Positions 1 through 6,227 of a stretch of DNA of 32,959 nt are shown in pieces. The notes beneath the pieces are model-generated. The model saw only the letters and a list, made by a program, of their open reading frames with translations, did no database searches and was not told the origin of the DNA. Numbering within the stretch: the first letter of the stretch is position 1; every line of letters starts with the position of its first letter. A program made the translations under genes and the position numbers. The stretch covers positions 1-32,959 of the IMG/VR virus record IMGVR_UViG_3300020045_016384. One strand, given 5' to 3'. This DNA comes from a virus (taxonomy: Duplodnaviria > Caudoviricetes).

Positions 1-19
1 CGTTTCGCAAATTGTTTAA

Positions 20-223
20 AATTATATTTCATCACGCTTTTTCTTTGACGAATTTGAAGGTATTTATTGCTATGAAATACACGATTCTAAAGAAGCTATA
101 AAAAAGCTTTATGTTGAACTTGCACATATCTGTCACGATTGCGATTATGAAGAATCTGAAATTATAAAAGCTTGCGAAACTTTTTTAAAATCGCGCAAAG
201 ATTTAAATGGTTTAATAAAATGA
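20..223 (+). CDS. Probable 3' part of a hypothetical protein; 5' end broken (possible 1-nt indel in the A-run at 18-21)
   Basis: Frame is open from 20 to 223 (NYISSRFFFDEFEG...DLNGLIK*) and its TGA overlaps the next ATG (ATGA at 220-223). It has no ATG start and is preceded by an in-frame TAA at 17-19. Confidence 0.4.
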   Translation, partial: NYISSRFFFDEFEGIYCYEIHDSKEAIKKLYVELAHICHDCDYEESEIIKACETFLKSRKDLNGLIK

Positions 224-414
224 GAAAGCCACGCATACAATCAAAACCTGAATACCGCGAAAGCAATAAAAAAATACACTTGTTTATAAAATGTAGTGAC
301 GGCCACGAAAGGCGGATTTTTTGCACTAATCATTGGCGCACTTGTCGTGACGCATTGGCGTACTATAAAGTTACGGAAACATATGAATTTACTCGTGCAT
401 CTTTTAAGTGGTGA
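220..414 (+). CDS. Hypothetical protein (64 aa)
   Basis: ORF 172..414; ATG 220 preferred because of ATGA coupling with the upstream frame. Confidence 0.65.
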   Translation: MRKPRIQSKPEYRESNKKIHLFIKCSDGHERRIFCTNHWRTCRDALAYYKVTETYEFTRASFKW

Positions 415-506
415 TGAATACCATGAAAACGCGCCCGATTTTTTATAATTTGTTCTTCTTTTCTCTTTATTTTTTAATGATCGTTTTATTTATCCGTTGT
501 TTCTAA
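414..506 (+). CDS. Small hydrophobic peptide (30 aa, MNTMKTRPIFYNLFFFSLYFLMIVLFIRCF)
   Basis: TGATG overlap with the previous stop and one TM-length hydrophobic run; below the ORF-track cutoff. Confidence 0.4.
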   Translation: MNTMKTRPIFYNLFFFSLYFLMIVLFIRCF

Positions 507-512
507 AAAGTA

Positions 513-541
513 TTGACACTTTTCTATATTTATGTTTTAAT
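513..541 (+). promoter_or_regulatory. Sigma70-type promoter
   Basis: TTGACA (513-518), 17-nt spacer containing TG, then TTTAAT (536-541); lies upstream of an AAGGAG RBS and ATG 581. Confidence 0.75.
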
Positions 542-580
542 TAATCATCATTTAATCACCGCTCTAAAGGAGCCATCATT

Positions 581-1006
581 ATGACGATGTTCTATCAAAA
601 CCCAGAAAACGAAAAAGAAGTTTTAGCAGATTATTGCCCTACCGGCTGGAATAAAATCAGCACGGCCAAGGGATCGGCAATTATCAAAGCTAACGCTATT
701 GTAGATTTGAAAGCATTACTTAGCCCTGGAGATAAGGTTTACACAATTTTGCGTAAATGCGCATCTTCCGGCATGTCGCGTCATATTTCTTTTTTTATTA
801 TCAATGTTGAAAACAAACCCCATGACATAAGCTGGCTAATGTCGCGCGCGCTTGATTATCGCCAAGGCGAAAAAGGTGGTTTAATTATTTCCGGTTGCGG
901 AATGGATATGGGTTTCCATCTTGTCTATAACCTGTCGCGCGTTTTGTTTAAAGATTCGACCGATAAAAAAGATGCGGGCTATTCATTAAATCAGGAGTGG
1001 CTGTAA
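581..1006 (+). CDS. Phage hypothetical protein (141 aa)
   Basis: Strong RBS AAGGAG; motifs SSGMSRHI and GCGMDMGFHLVY resemble a phage protein family of unknown function. Confidence 0.85.
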   Translation: MTMFYQNPENEKEVLADYCPTGWNKISTAKGSAIIKANAIVDLKALLSPGDKVYTILRKCASSGMSRHISFFIINVENKPHDISWLMSRALDYRQGEKGGLIISGCGMDMGFHLVYNLSRVLFKDSTDKKDAGYSLNQEWL

Positions 1007-1248
1007 TGAATATATTTTATTTAGAACATGGTCACGGAACATCCGGCCCGTTTCGCACCGAATCAGTGACCTTTAAAGAATCAGGCGCGGCACAAAAAAG
1101 ACGCGGGAAAGTGACGGCAACCCGCTTCATGGTTTCGGTCGATTCTCGCTGGTATCGCGTCTATTCAGATCATACGCACGGTTTATCGTTTCCCCATTTT
1201 ATAAACTTTCAAGGCGCGCGTATTCGCGTTAATGGAGTGTCGCCATGA
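1006..1248 (+). CDS. Hypothetical protein
   Basis: TAATG overlap with the previous gene; GGAG upstream. Confidence 0.7.
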   Translation: MNIFYLEHGHGTSGPFRTESVTFKESGAAQKRRGKVTATRFMVSVDSRWYRVYSDHTHGLSFPHFINFQGARIRVNGVSP

Positions 1249-1496
1249 GCAATATATTTCAAGTTATCGGCAAAAAAGTAATCGTGTCAAGACTTGGCGT
1301 GCGTTTGTTCAATACCCAATGGCCTTGTAGTAAATTGAAAGTGAGCCGTCATTATTGGTTTGAATTTGATGAAAACCAAGAAATAATAGATACGGACGTA
1401 CCAGAACATTCAGACGGGCCGGAGGCCGTGGCGCTTGGCGATGACTGCAAGCATTTTTTATTTGACAATTCATTACCGGAATGGGCCCAAATATGA
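1245..1496 (+). CDS. Hypothetical protein
   Basis: ATGA overlap; GGAG RBS. Confidence 0.75.
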   Translation: MSNIFQVIGKKVIVSRLGVRLFNTQWPCSKLKVSRHYWFEFDENQEIIDTDVPEHSDGPEAVALGDDCKHFLFDNSLPEWAQI

Positions 1497-1663
1497 ACGA
1501 TAAAATCACCTATCATAGAAACCCAACGCCAAGCGAAATTAAATTCGGTTACGGGGCTATCCATTATGCCGATTTTGATCGGGAAGAATGTACCAATCCA
1601 AAAACCGGCAAACTAAAAAAATGGTTTGTCTCCCCTTATGATGGCCTGAGGTATTACAGATGA
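1493..1663 (+). CDS. Small phage hypothetical protein (56 aa)
   Basis: ATGA overlaps at both ends; contains RNPTPSEIKFGYGAIHY...DGLRYYR. Confidence 0.75.
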   Translation: MNDKITYHRNPTPSEIKFGYGAIHYADFDREECTNPKTGKLKKWFVSPYDGLRYYR

Positions 1664-1869
1664 AAGAATTTATTAAATTAAAAGTCACAGAATCAGAATT
1701 GTCTGTAATTCTGTCCGCGCTAATGTGCGAAGAAAAACGCCAACTTGATATATGGAACGATAGAGAGAATGCAACTATTGCGCGCTCTCAAGCGAACCAC
1801 GAAGCAAAAATGTTAAACAAACTTACAAACGAATTGATGGCTCAGCAAAATTCAAGACTACAACCATGA
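1660..1869 (+). CDS. Hypothetical helical protein
   Basis: ATGA overlap; GAGG RBS. Confidence 0.7.
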   Translation: MKEFIKLKVTESELSVILSALMCEEKRQLDIWNDRENATIARSQANHEAKMLNKLTNELMAQQNSRLQP

Positions 1870-2033
1870 TCGAGAAAAAGCCCTGCATTAATTCTAGTCC
1901 GGCTGATTCCGATACATGTGCTGAGATTTACAATTGTTGCGATTGTGGCGGCAACGATTGCGGGTGCGCTGGTTGTTACAGTTGCCACGTTTGCGACAAT
2001 TGCAAGGATGATGAAAATGATCGAGAAAATTAA
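1866..2033 (+). CDS. Cys-rich microprotein (55 aa, 11 Cys), metallothionein-like composition
   Basis: Translated by hand: MIEKKPCINSSPADSDTCAEIYNCCDCGGNDCGCAGCYSCHVCDNCKDDENDREN*. ATGA-coupled to the previous stop and fills the gap in the operon. Confidence 0.7.
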   Translation: MIEKKPCINSSPADSDTCAEIYNCCDCGGNDCGCAGCYSCHVCDNCKDDENDREN

Positions 2034-2310
2034 CGCTTTCGAGAAACTACTAGAAACGATGCGCGACAATCCACAAACCGATGACATAACGGCCCAATGG
2101 CTTCACAGATTGTTAGGCAACGTACGCAAAGTTCATGGCATAGCGCGACAGCAACAATTCAGCAGACCGCCAACGCCTAACGGCGTAACGCCAGACATGA
2201 TGGGGGATTTACGCGAAGCCGTGCGCACCATAAGCAAAGCAGCGGGCGTCAATAACTACGAATTATATGGTAGTGGTGGGTTCCGTATTGAATGGAAGAA
2301 CGGACTATGA
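2017..2310 (+). CDS. Hypothetical protein (97 aa)
   Basis: ORF 1918..2310; ATG 2017 has AAGGA upstream and avoids a long overlap with the Cys-rich ORF. Confidence 0.7.
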   Translation: MIEKINAFEKLLETMRDNPQTDDITAQWLHRLLGNVRKVHGIARQQQFSRPPTPNGVTPDMMGDLREAVRTISKAAGVNNYELYGSGGFRIEWKNGL

Positions 2311-2564
2311 GCGCGCGCTATCAGGTGTTAAAGGGGTCGCAGTCGGGCCATTGCTGCTTTAGCTTTTCAGTTATCGACACAGAACGCGCCGCGCCGGTAC
2401 CAAACTTGCCGGATTTTCATATGGGTGAACCGCGCGTTTATCTCACTGTCTGCGAATGTACAGAAGAGAATGAAGCGCGCTTGATCTGCGAAGCCATGAA
2501 TCATTCGCACGTTAAAATACCCCCATCCGTAGAGATTTTATATTATGACACCCAAAGACGTTAG
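2307..2564 (+). CDS. Hypothetical protein
   Basis: ATGA overlap; GSQSGHCCF and VCEC motifs. Confidence 0.75.
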   Translation: MSARYQVLKGSQSGHCCFSFSVIDTERAAPVPNLPDFHMGEPRVYLTVCECTEENEARLICEAMNHSHVKIPPSVEILYYDTQRR

Positions 2565-2742
2565 GGACTGGCATTTAAACCGCGCCAATGCGGCCAGGGT
2601 TACGCAAAATTTATACCAGCGGCAAGCGGATAGCCCGAACCATTCCGCAAGCCGTGGGCATTGTCTGCGCAGGGCTAATGCTAACCGGCGTAAGGCGGAC
2701 TTTCACATGAAATGCGCGCAGGCTTTAAGTGTAATGTTATAA
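2545..2742 (+). CDS. Small basic hypothetical protein
   Basis: ORF continuing the + strand operon. Confidence 0.6.
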   Translation: MTPKDVRDWHLNRANAARVTQNLYQRQADSPNHSASRGHCLRRANANRRKADFHMKCAQALSVML

Positions 2743-2774
2743 CATCGCATTGACACTTTTTGTAATGTTATAAC
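2730..2774. promoter_or_regulatory. Direct repeat TGTAATGTTATAAC (x2) flanking a TTGACA; putative operator pair
   Basis: Copies at 2730-2743 and 2761-2774; the first lies within the palindrome ATGTTATAACAT. TTGACA at 2750-2755 has no well-spaced -10. Confidence 0.5.
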
Positions 2775-2787
2775 GTTTTATCGACCT

Positions 2788-2840
2788 CTACCCCCTTGTA
2801 GCGGAATTTTTGGGCTACCCCCTTGTAGCGGAATTTTTGG
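2788..2840 (+). repeat. Tandem doublet of CTACCCCCTTGTAGCGGAATTTTTGG (27-bp period)
   Basis: Identical copies at 2788-2813 and 2815-2840; the last copy runs into the GGAG RBS of ATG 2850. Confidence 0.95.
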
Positions 2841-2849
2841 AGAAATTGT

Positions 2850-3095
2850 ATGCGTGAGTTTTGGGAAGAATTTTTGTTACCAGTCGGTATCGTATTGGCA
2901 ATTTTATTTGTTGTTTGTTGGCTTGTAAGTTTGTTTATTAAATCTCAACCAACAATCGAATTGAAAAAGATTCATTGGACTTGCACAAAGGAGCGCGGCA
3001 ACGATGAAATGATTAGCGCGGTATCAGTCGGCAACGGTGTTGTTGTTCCCATCTACGGTGAATCATCTGAGTGCGTACAATGGACGAAAAATTAA
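2850..3095 (+). CDS. Membrane-anchored hypothetical protein
   Basis: N-terminal TM helix (LLPVGIVLAILFVVCWLVSLFI); WTC and CVQW Cys pair. Confidence 0.75.
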   Translation: MREFWEEFLLPVGIVLAILFVVCWLVSLFIKSQPTIELKKIHWTCTKERGNDEMISAVSVGNGVVVPIYGESSECVQWTKN

Positions 3096-3271
3096 AAGTA
3101 TTTAGACGCAATGTTATATCTGGTTACAGATCAAGCGGTAACTTAAGCAATTACTATTGCGTAACACTGTCTTGCGGACATAAGAATCAAACTGCTATGG
3201 GTAGCAAGGGAAATATACCGAAAACGTCAAGCTGCCATGCGTGCTTGGTGGAAAGTAAAAAAATTAAGTAG
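3080..3271 (+). CDS. Small putative Zn-binding protein
   Basis: LSCGH...CHAC motif. Confidence 0.6.
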   Translation: MDEKLKVFRRNVISGYRSSGNLSNYYCVTLSCGHKNQTAMGSKGNIPKTSSCHACLVESKKIK

Positions 3272-3273
3272 TA

Positions 3274-3327
3274 CTATCCCCCTTGTAGCGGAATTTTTGG
3301 GCTACCCCCTTGTAATGGAATTTTTGG
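3274..3327 (+). repeat. Second tandem doublet of the 26-bp motif
   Basis: 3274-3300 (1-nt insertion) and 3302-3327 (2 substitutions); ends in GGAG before ATG 3336. Confidence 0.95.
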
Positions 3328-3335
3328 AGAACGAC

Positions 3336-3524
3336 ATGCTAGACCTTAGTAGGAAAATAATTGAACGTGCCGATGCAGACAACTTGCCGGAAGATCACGA
3401 ATTAAGAATCCTGGTGAAAGAATTAGAAGACGCTCAAGAAAAAGGCGTACCACATAGCGAGCTTAATGCTAAGTGGTACGCCGCATTTAATATGTTTGAT
3501 GAGTATGAAAAATCAACACTCTAA
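3336..3524 (+). CDS. Small acidic hypothetical protein (62 aa)
   Basis: ATG 3336 follows the repeat-provided GGAG; the upstream part of ORF 3237 is only translated repeat. Confidence 0.7.
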   Translation: MLDLSRKIIERADADNLPEDHELRILVKELEDAQEKGVPHSELNAKWYAAFNMFDEYEKSTL

Positions 3525-3878
3525 TTTATTGAAAGTTCTTTTCCAAATGTTACATGGTTTGCGCTCAAGTCTTAATTGTTTGAGCGCTTTTTCCACAATA
3601 ATGATCCCGCCCTTTTTATCTTGCTCACTTTGAAAAAATGAGTCTTCTAGTTCTAGTGCACACTCATCATGTGAGCCGTTTGTCTTGCTCAACTCAACAC
3701 AATAAATTTTACCGTTACTTAGGACTCTCGGCTTCAACCTGGTCTTGACGCTGTTCAACATCGCGTCCAAATCGCTCTCTTGCGATGCGTCTTTCTTTGG
3801 CGAGCTTACGCAAGCTGTCAGGACGAATGCCATCAGCCCAATTACGCACAACCGGATTGGTTTGATATTCTTTAGCAT
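3513..3878 (-). CDS. o-spanin (Rz1-like outer-membrane lipoprotein)
   Basis: Signal MLKNIKPIRLCVIGLMAFVLTA-C with lipobox LTAC; GGAG RBS; overlaps the 3' part of the i-spanin in another frame. Confidence 0.75.
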   Translation of the reverse strand: MLKNIKPIRLCVIGLMAFVLTACVSSPKKDASQESDLDAMLNSVKTRLKPRVLSNGKIYCVELSKTNGSHDECALELEDSFFQSEQDKKGGIIIVEKALKQLRLERKPCNIWKRTFNKLEC

Positions 3879-4122
3879 AACTTTCTCCATAAACATTTTT
3901 TGCACCAATGACACCTGTGTCGATAGCGTCAGCTTTCTTTTGCTCTTCGGCACCATCGGAAATAATGTTACTTGTAGCGTTTATTTTGGCTCCACGTTGT
4001 TCACCCACAGCGGCGTCCGCTTTCCATCCCGCAATCTTTAACCCAACAATGGTGAGTGTGACCGCCATTACCAAAACAATTACCAATGCAATTATCACTT
4101 TTACTTCTTTGAAAGCATCCAT
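3715..4122 (-). CDS. i-spanin (Rz-like)
   Basis: Single N-terminal TM helix, helical periplasmic part, GGGGAG RBS, and an overlapping lipoprotein gene. Confidence 0.75.
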   Translation of the reverse strand: MDAFKEVKVIIALVIVLVMAVTLTIVGLKIAGWKADAAVGEQRGAKINATSNIISDGAEEQKKADAIDTGVIGAKNVYGESYAKEYQTNPVVRNWADGIRPDSLRKLAKERRIARERFGRDVEQRQDQVEAESPK

Positions 4123-4123
4123 A

Positions 4124-6079
4124 TTAATCTCCCCAAGGAGTGAAGCCAGTCGGACTAGCATACGGCATTCTGTCGGAAGTAAATGCCATTTCGCAACCGA
4201 ATGTGTTTTCAGCAGACGTTACAACAGGGAACAAATCAAGAGCGCCAGTGTAAGTGCAAGACTCGCCGGTTCCTGCCACCGGATCACCTGACCAAACGTT
4301 ATTTTTTCCGACCCATACTTTTTTGGTATTCGCATTTAGCGCCAACATTATCCAATCTTCCGGGCCAGCTATGCCTGTAATAGAGCCAGGATCGGTACCA
4401 TCAGTAAATGAGCCACCAACATTCACCTGGCCTTGGAAAGCGCCACCGACACGCACTACCATCGCATTAGCGGCAGCTGCGTCGAATATGCCAATTGAAG
4501 TAGTATAAGTTCCACCTGTCAATTGAGCAAAATTCCTAACCGCAAACCAATAGAGTCCGCTTCCGCGTGATGTGTTACAAAAATTACCTCTAGTTACACC
4601 AGAAGTATTTATCATAGCAAGACTCAGACCATCATAACTGGTATTTAGTTTACTGATACCTGGATACGAATCGCTCATTCTACAAGCGGGGAGAGAATAT
4701 GAGGCATCTGAAATAATATCGCTTATCGTTTTACCATTTCCACCATCGTAACAATACGAAAGTTGATCTTGATTTATTACGCCTAGACCAAATGCCATAA
4801 AGGCGACATTGGCAGGTGAGCTTATCGCAGCGCCTACAGCGCCAATGCCGACACTTTGTGTCGGATTCAAATTAACGTTGCCAGTAGCGATGTCAACATC
4901 CATGACATCGTTTACGTGTTTTATAATTTCACCAGTTGCCAAATGTTGAGTAACTATCATTGTCCATTCCGCAACGGTGTCAGAACTTGTTGCAGCATAA
5001 ACAGTGCCACCATTTAATCCTCGTGCAACAAAGCCTGTTGAATTTTCACCGATAGAAATTGATTCATTACTACCATCTTGGTATAAAAAACAAATGACAG
5101 AAGGATCGACAAAAAACGAAGCTTGTCTAACCATAGCTATCATGAAAAAATCTTTACCATTTGCCCAATTAGGTAAGTTATATGCGGAACGAACATTACC
5201 TGTTGATATTGCTCTTCCAAAAGGCGGCGCGTCCACGTAAGCGGGTGTCAATCTTTCATCGGTTAATGGGTTCGGCCCCCAACCATCAACGGTAGAATCT
5301 TCTAAATCAAACCAGCTGCGTAATATCTCAAGCAGGCTTGATGCCACTAAGGTCAAATCGATTGGAGAAGGTGTAATAGTTGAAATATTGTCCTCAGACT
5401 CGGGATCGACTGATACGGAAGTGACAGTTGCAGTATTCTCATAGGAACCTGTCGATAGAACAGTTGCGACTATTTCCAAAGTAACACTTTCTGTATTTGC
5501 CAAAGTACCAATACCTGACCATTCGCCGGTAACGTCATCGTAAGTGCCAACGCTAGGTGTAGCAGAAACAAACGCATAACCATCCGCCAACAAATCGCTA
5601 ACAACAATACCTATAGCAGAATCGGGGCCGTTGTTAGTAACCGTGATAGTGAAAGTAATATTGGCACCAACAGCGGGCGCTAGTGTATCTGCCACTTTTA
5701 TAATTTGTAAATTAGATTCCAACACTGGCGGCGCTTCGACTTCCAAAGCACCGTAGCATTGTAAGAAGTCCATCGTAATTGTAAATTGCATGCCGCCAAC
5801 ATTTACAATCTTGTACGAACCTTCTAATGTGAATGTGCCAAGATCAGCGAGCGGCGGTTTCCACAAAAAAGGTGTAGCTTTATTTCTTCGCAAGAAGGAA
5901 ATAATACTAAGCATTTTAGTCGTGTCACCTGAAACAACAACAGTCCATTTGTTGATTTCAGAATTGATATCGACAACACCTTGCTGAGCGTATTGATCGG
6001 CAAACTGGATTTGAAGCGCAGTGAATTCCGGCCCACCTCCCGAGTCCGTATTGACGCGCCACGTAAATTCTTCAGTCAC
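4124..6079 (-). CDS. Decorated distal tail protein paralogue: gpM/Dit domain + DUF11 Ig-like + LamG/ConA-like + SPRY-like domains
   Basis: aa 1-110 align without gaps to the 28612..28968 product (51/110 identical by hand count). TFTITVTNNGPDSA...ENTATVTS is a DUF11 pattern. C-terminal GLYWFAV...MLALNANTKKVWVGKN...MPYASPTGF is SPRY-like. Confidence 0.8.
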   Translation of the reverse strand: MTEEFTWRVNTDSGGGPEFTALQIQFADQYAQQGVVDINSEINKWTVVVSGDTTKMLSIISFLRRNKATPFLWKPPLADLGTFTLEGSYKIVNVGGMQFTITMDFLQCYGALEVEAPPVLESNLQIIKVADTLAPAVGANITFTITVTNNGPDSAIGIVVSDLLADGYAFVSATPSVGTYDDVTGEWSGIGTLANTESVTLEIVATVLSTGSYENTATVTSVSVDPESEDNISTITPSPIDLTLVASSLLEILRSWFDLEDSTVDGWGPNPLTDERLTPAYVDAPPFGRAISTGNVRSAYNLPNWANGKDFFMIAMVRQASFFVDPSVICFLYQDGSNESISIGENSTGFVARGLNGGTVYAATSSDTVAEWTMIVTQHLATGEIIKHVNDVMDVDIATGNVNLNPTQSVGIGAVGAAISSPANVAFMAFGLGVINQDQLSYCYDGGNGKTISDIISDASYSLPACRMSDSYPGISKLNTSYDGLSLAMINTSGVTRGNFCNTSRGSGLYWFAVRNFAQLTGGTYTTSIGIFDAAAANAMVVRVGGAFQGQVNVGGSFTDGTDPGSITGIAGPEDWIMLALNANTKKVWVGKNNVWSGDPVAGTGESCTYTGALDLFPVVTSAENTFGCEMAFTSDRMPYASPTGFTPWGD

Positions 6080-6227
6080 TTTTCTGCACCGGATTGTTTA
6101 TCTTGAATTTCAAATTAAGCAGATCAAGATTGACGCATTTGCTACCGAGATTTTTTATCCCGGCATCGAAAATGACTTTCAACAATGAATGCTCAGCGTC
6201 AGTAAGCGGGGCTATTTCCTTACTCAT
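6072..6227 (-). CDS. Small protein (51 aa), possible fibre chaperone or accessory protein
   Basis: MSKEIAPLTDAEHSLLKVIFDAGIKNLGSKCVNLDLLNLKFKINNPVQKSD*; ATGA overlap with the fibre stop and GTGACTGA overlap with the next start. Confidence 0.65.
   Translation of the reverse strand: MSKEIAPLTDAEHSLLKVIFDAGIKNLGSKCVNLDLLNLKFKINNPVQKSD

Noticed and set aside
1918-2016. N-terminal TM extension of ORF 1918..2310
   Set aside because: It is the alternative-frame read of the TGT/TGC-rich Cys ORF; ATG 2017 has an RBS.
2750-2778. Sigma70 promoter at TTGACA 2750
   Set aside because: The best -10 (TATAAC) is only 13 nt away; kept only as part of a putative operator region.
2788-3327. CRISPR array
   Set aside because: Repeats are adjacent with a 1-nt gap or separated by whole genes; there are no spacer-sized unique sequences and no cas operon.
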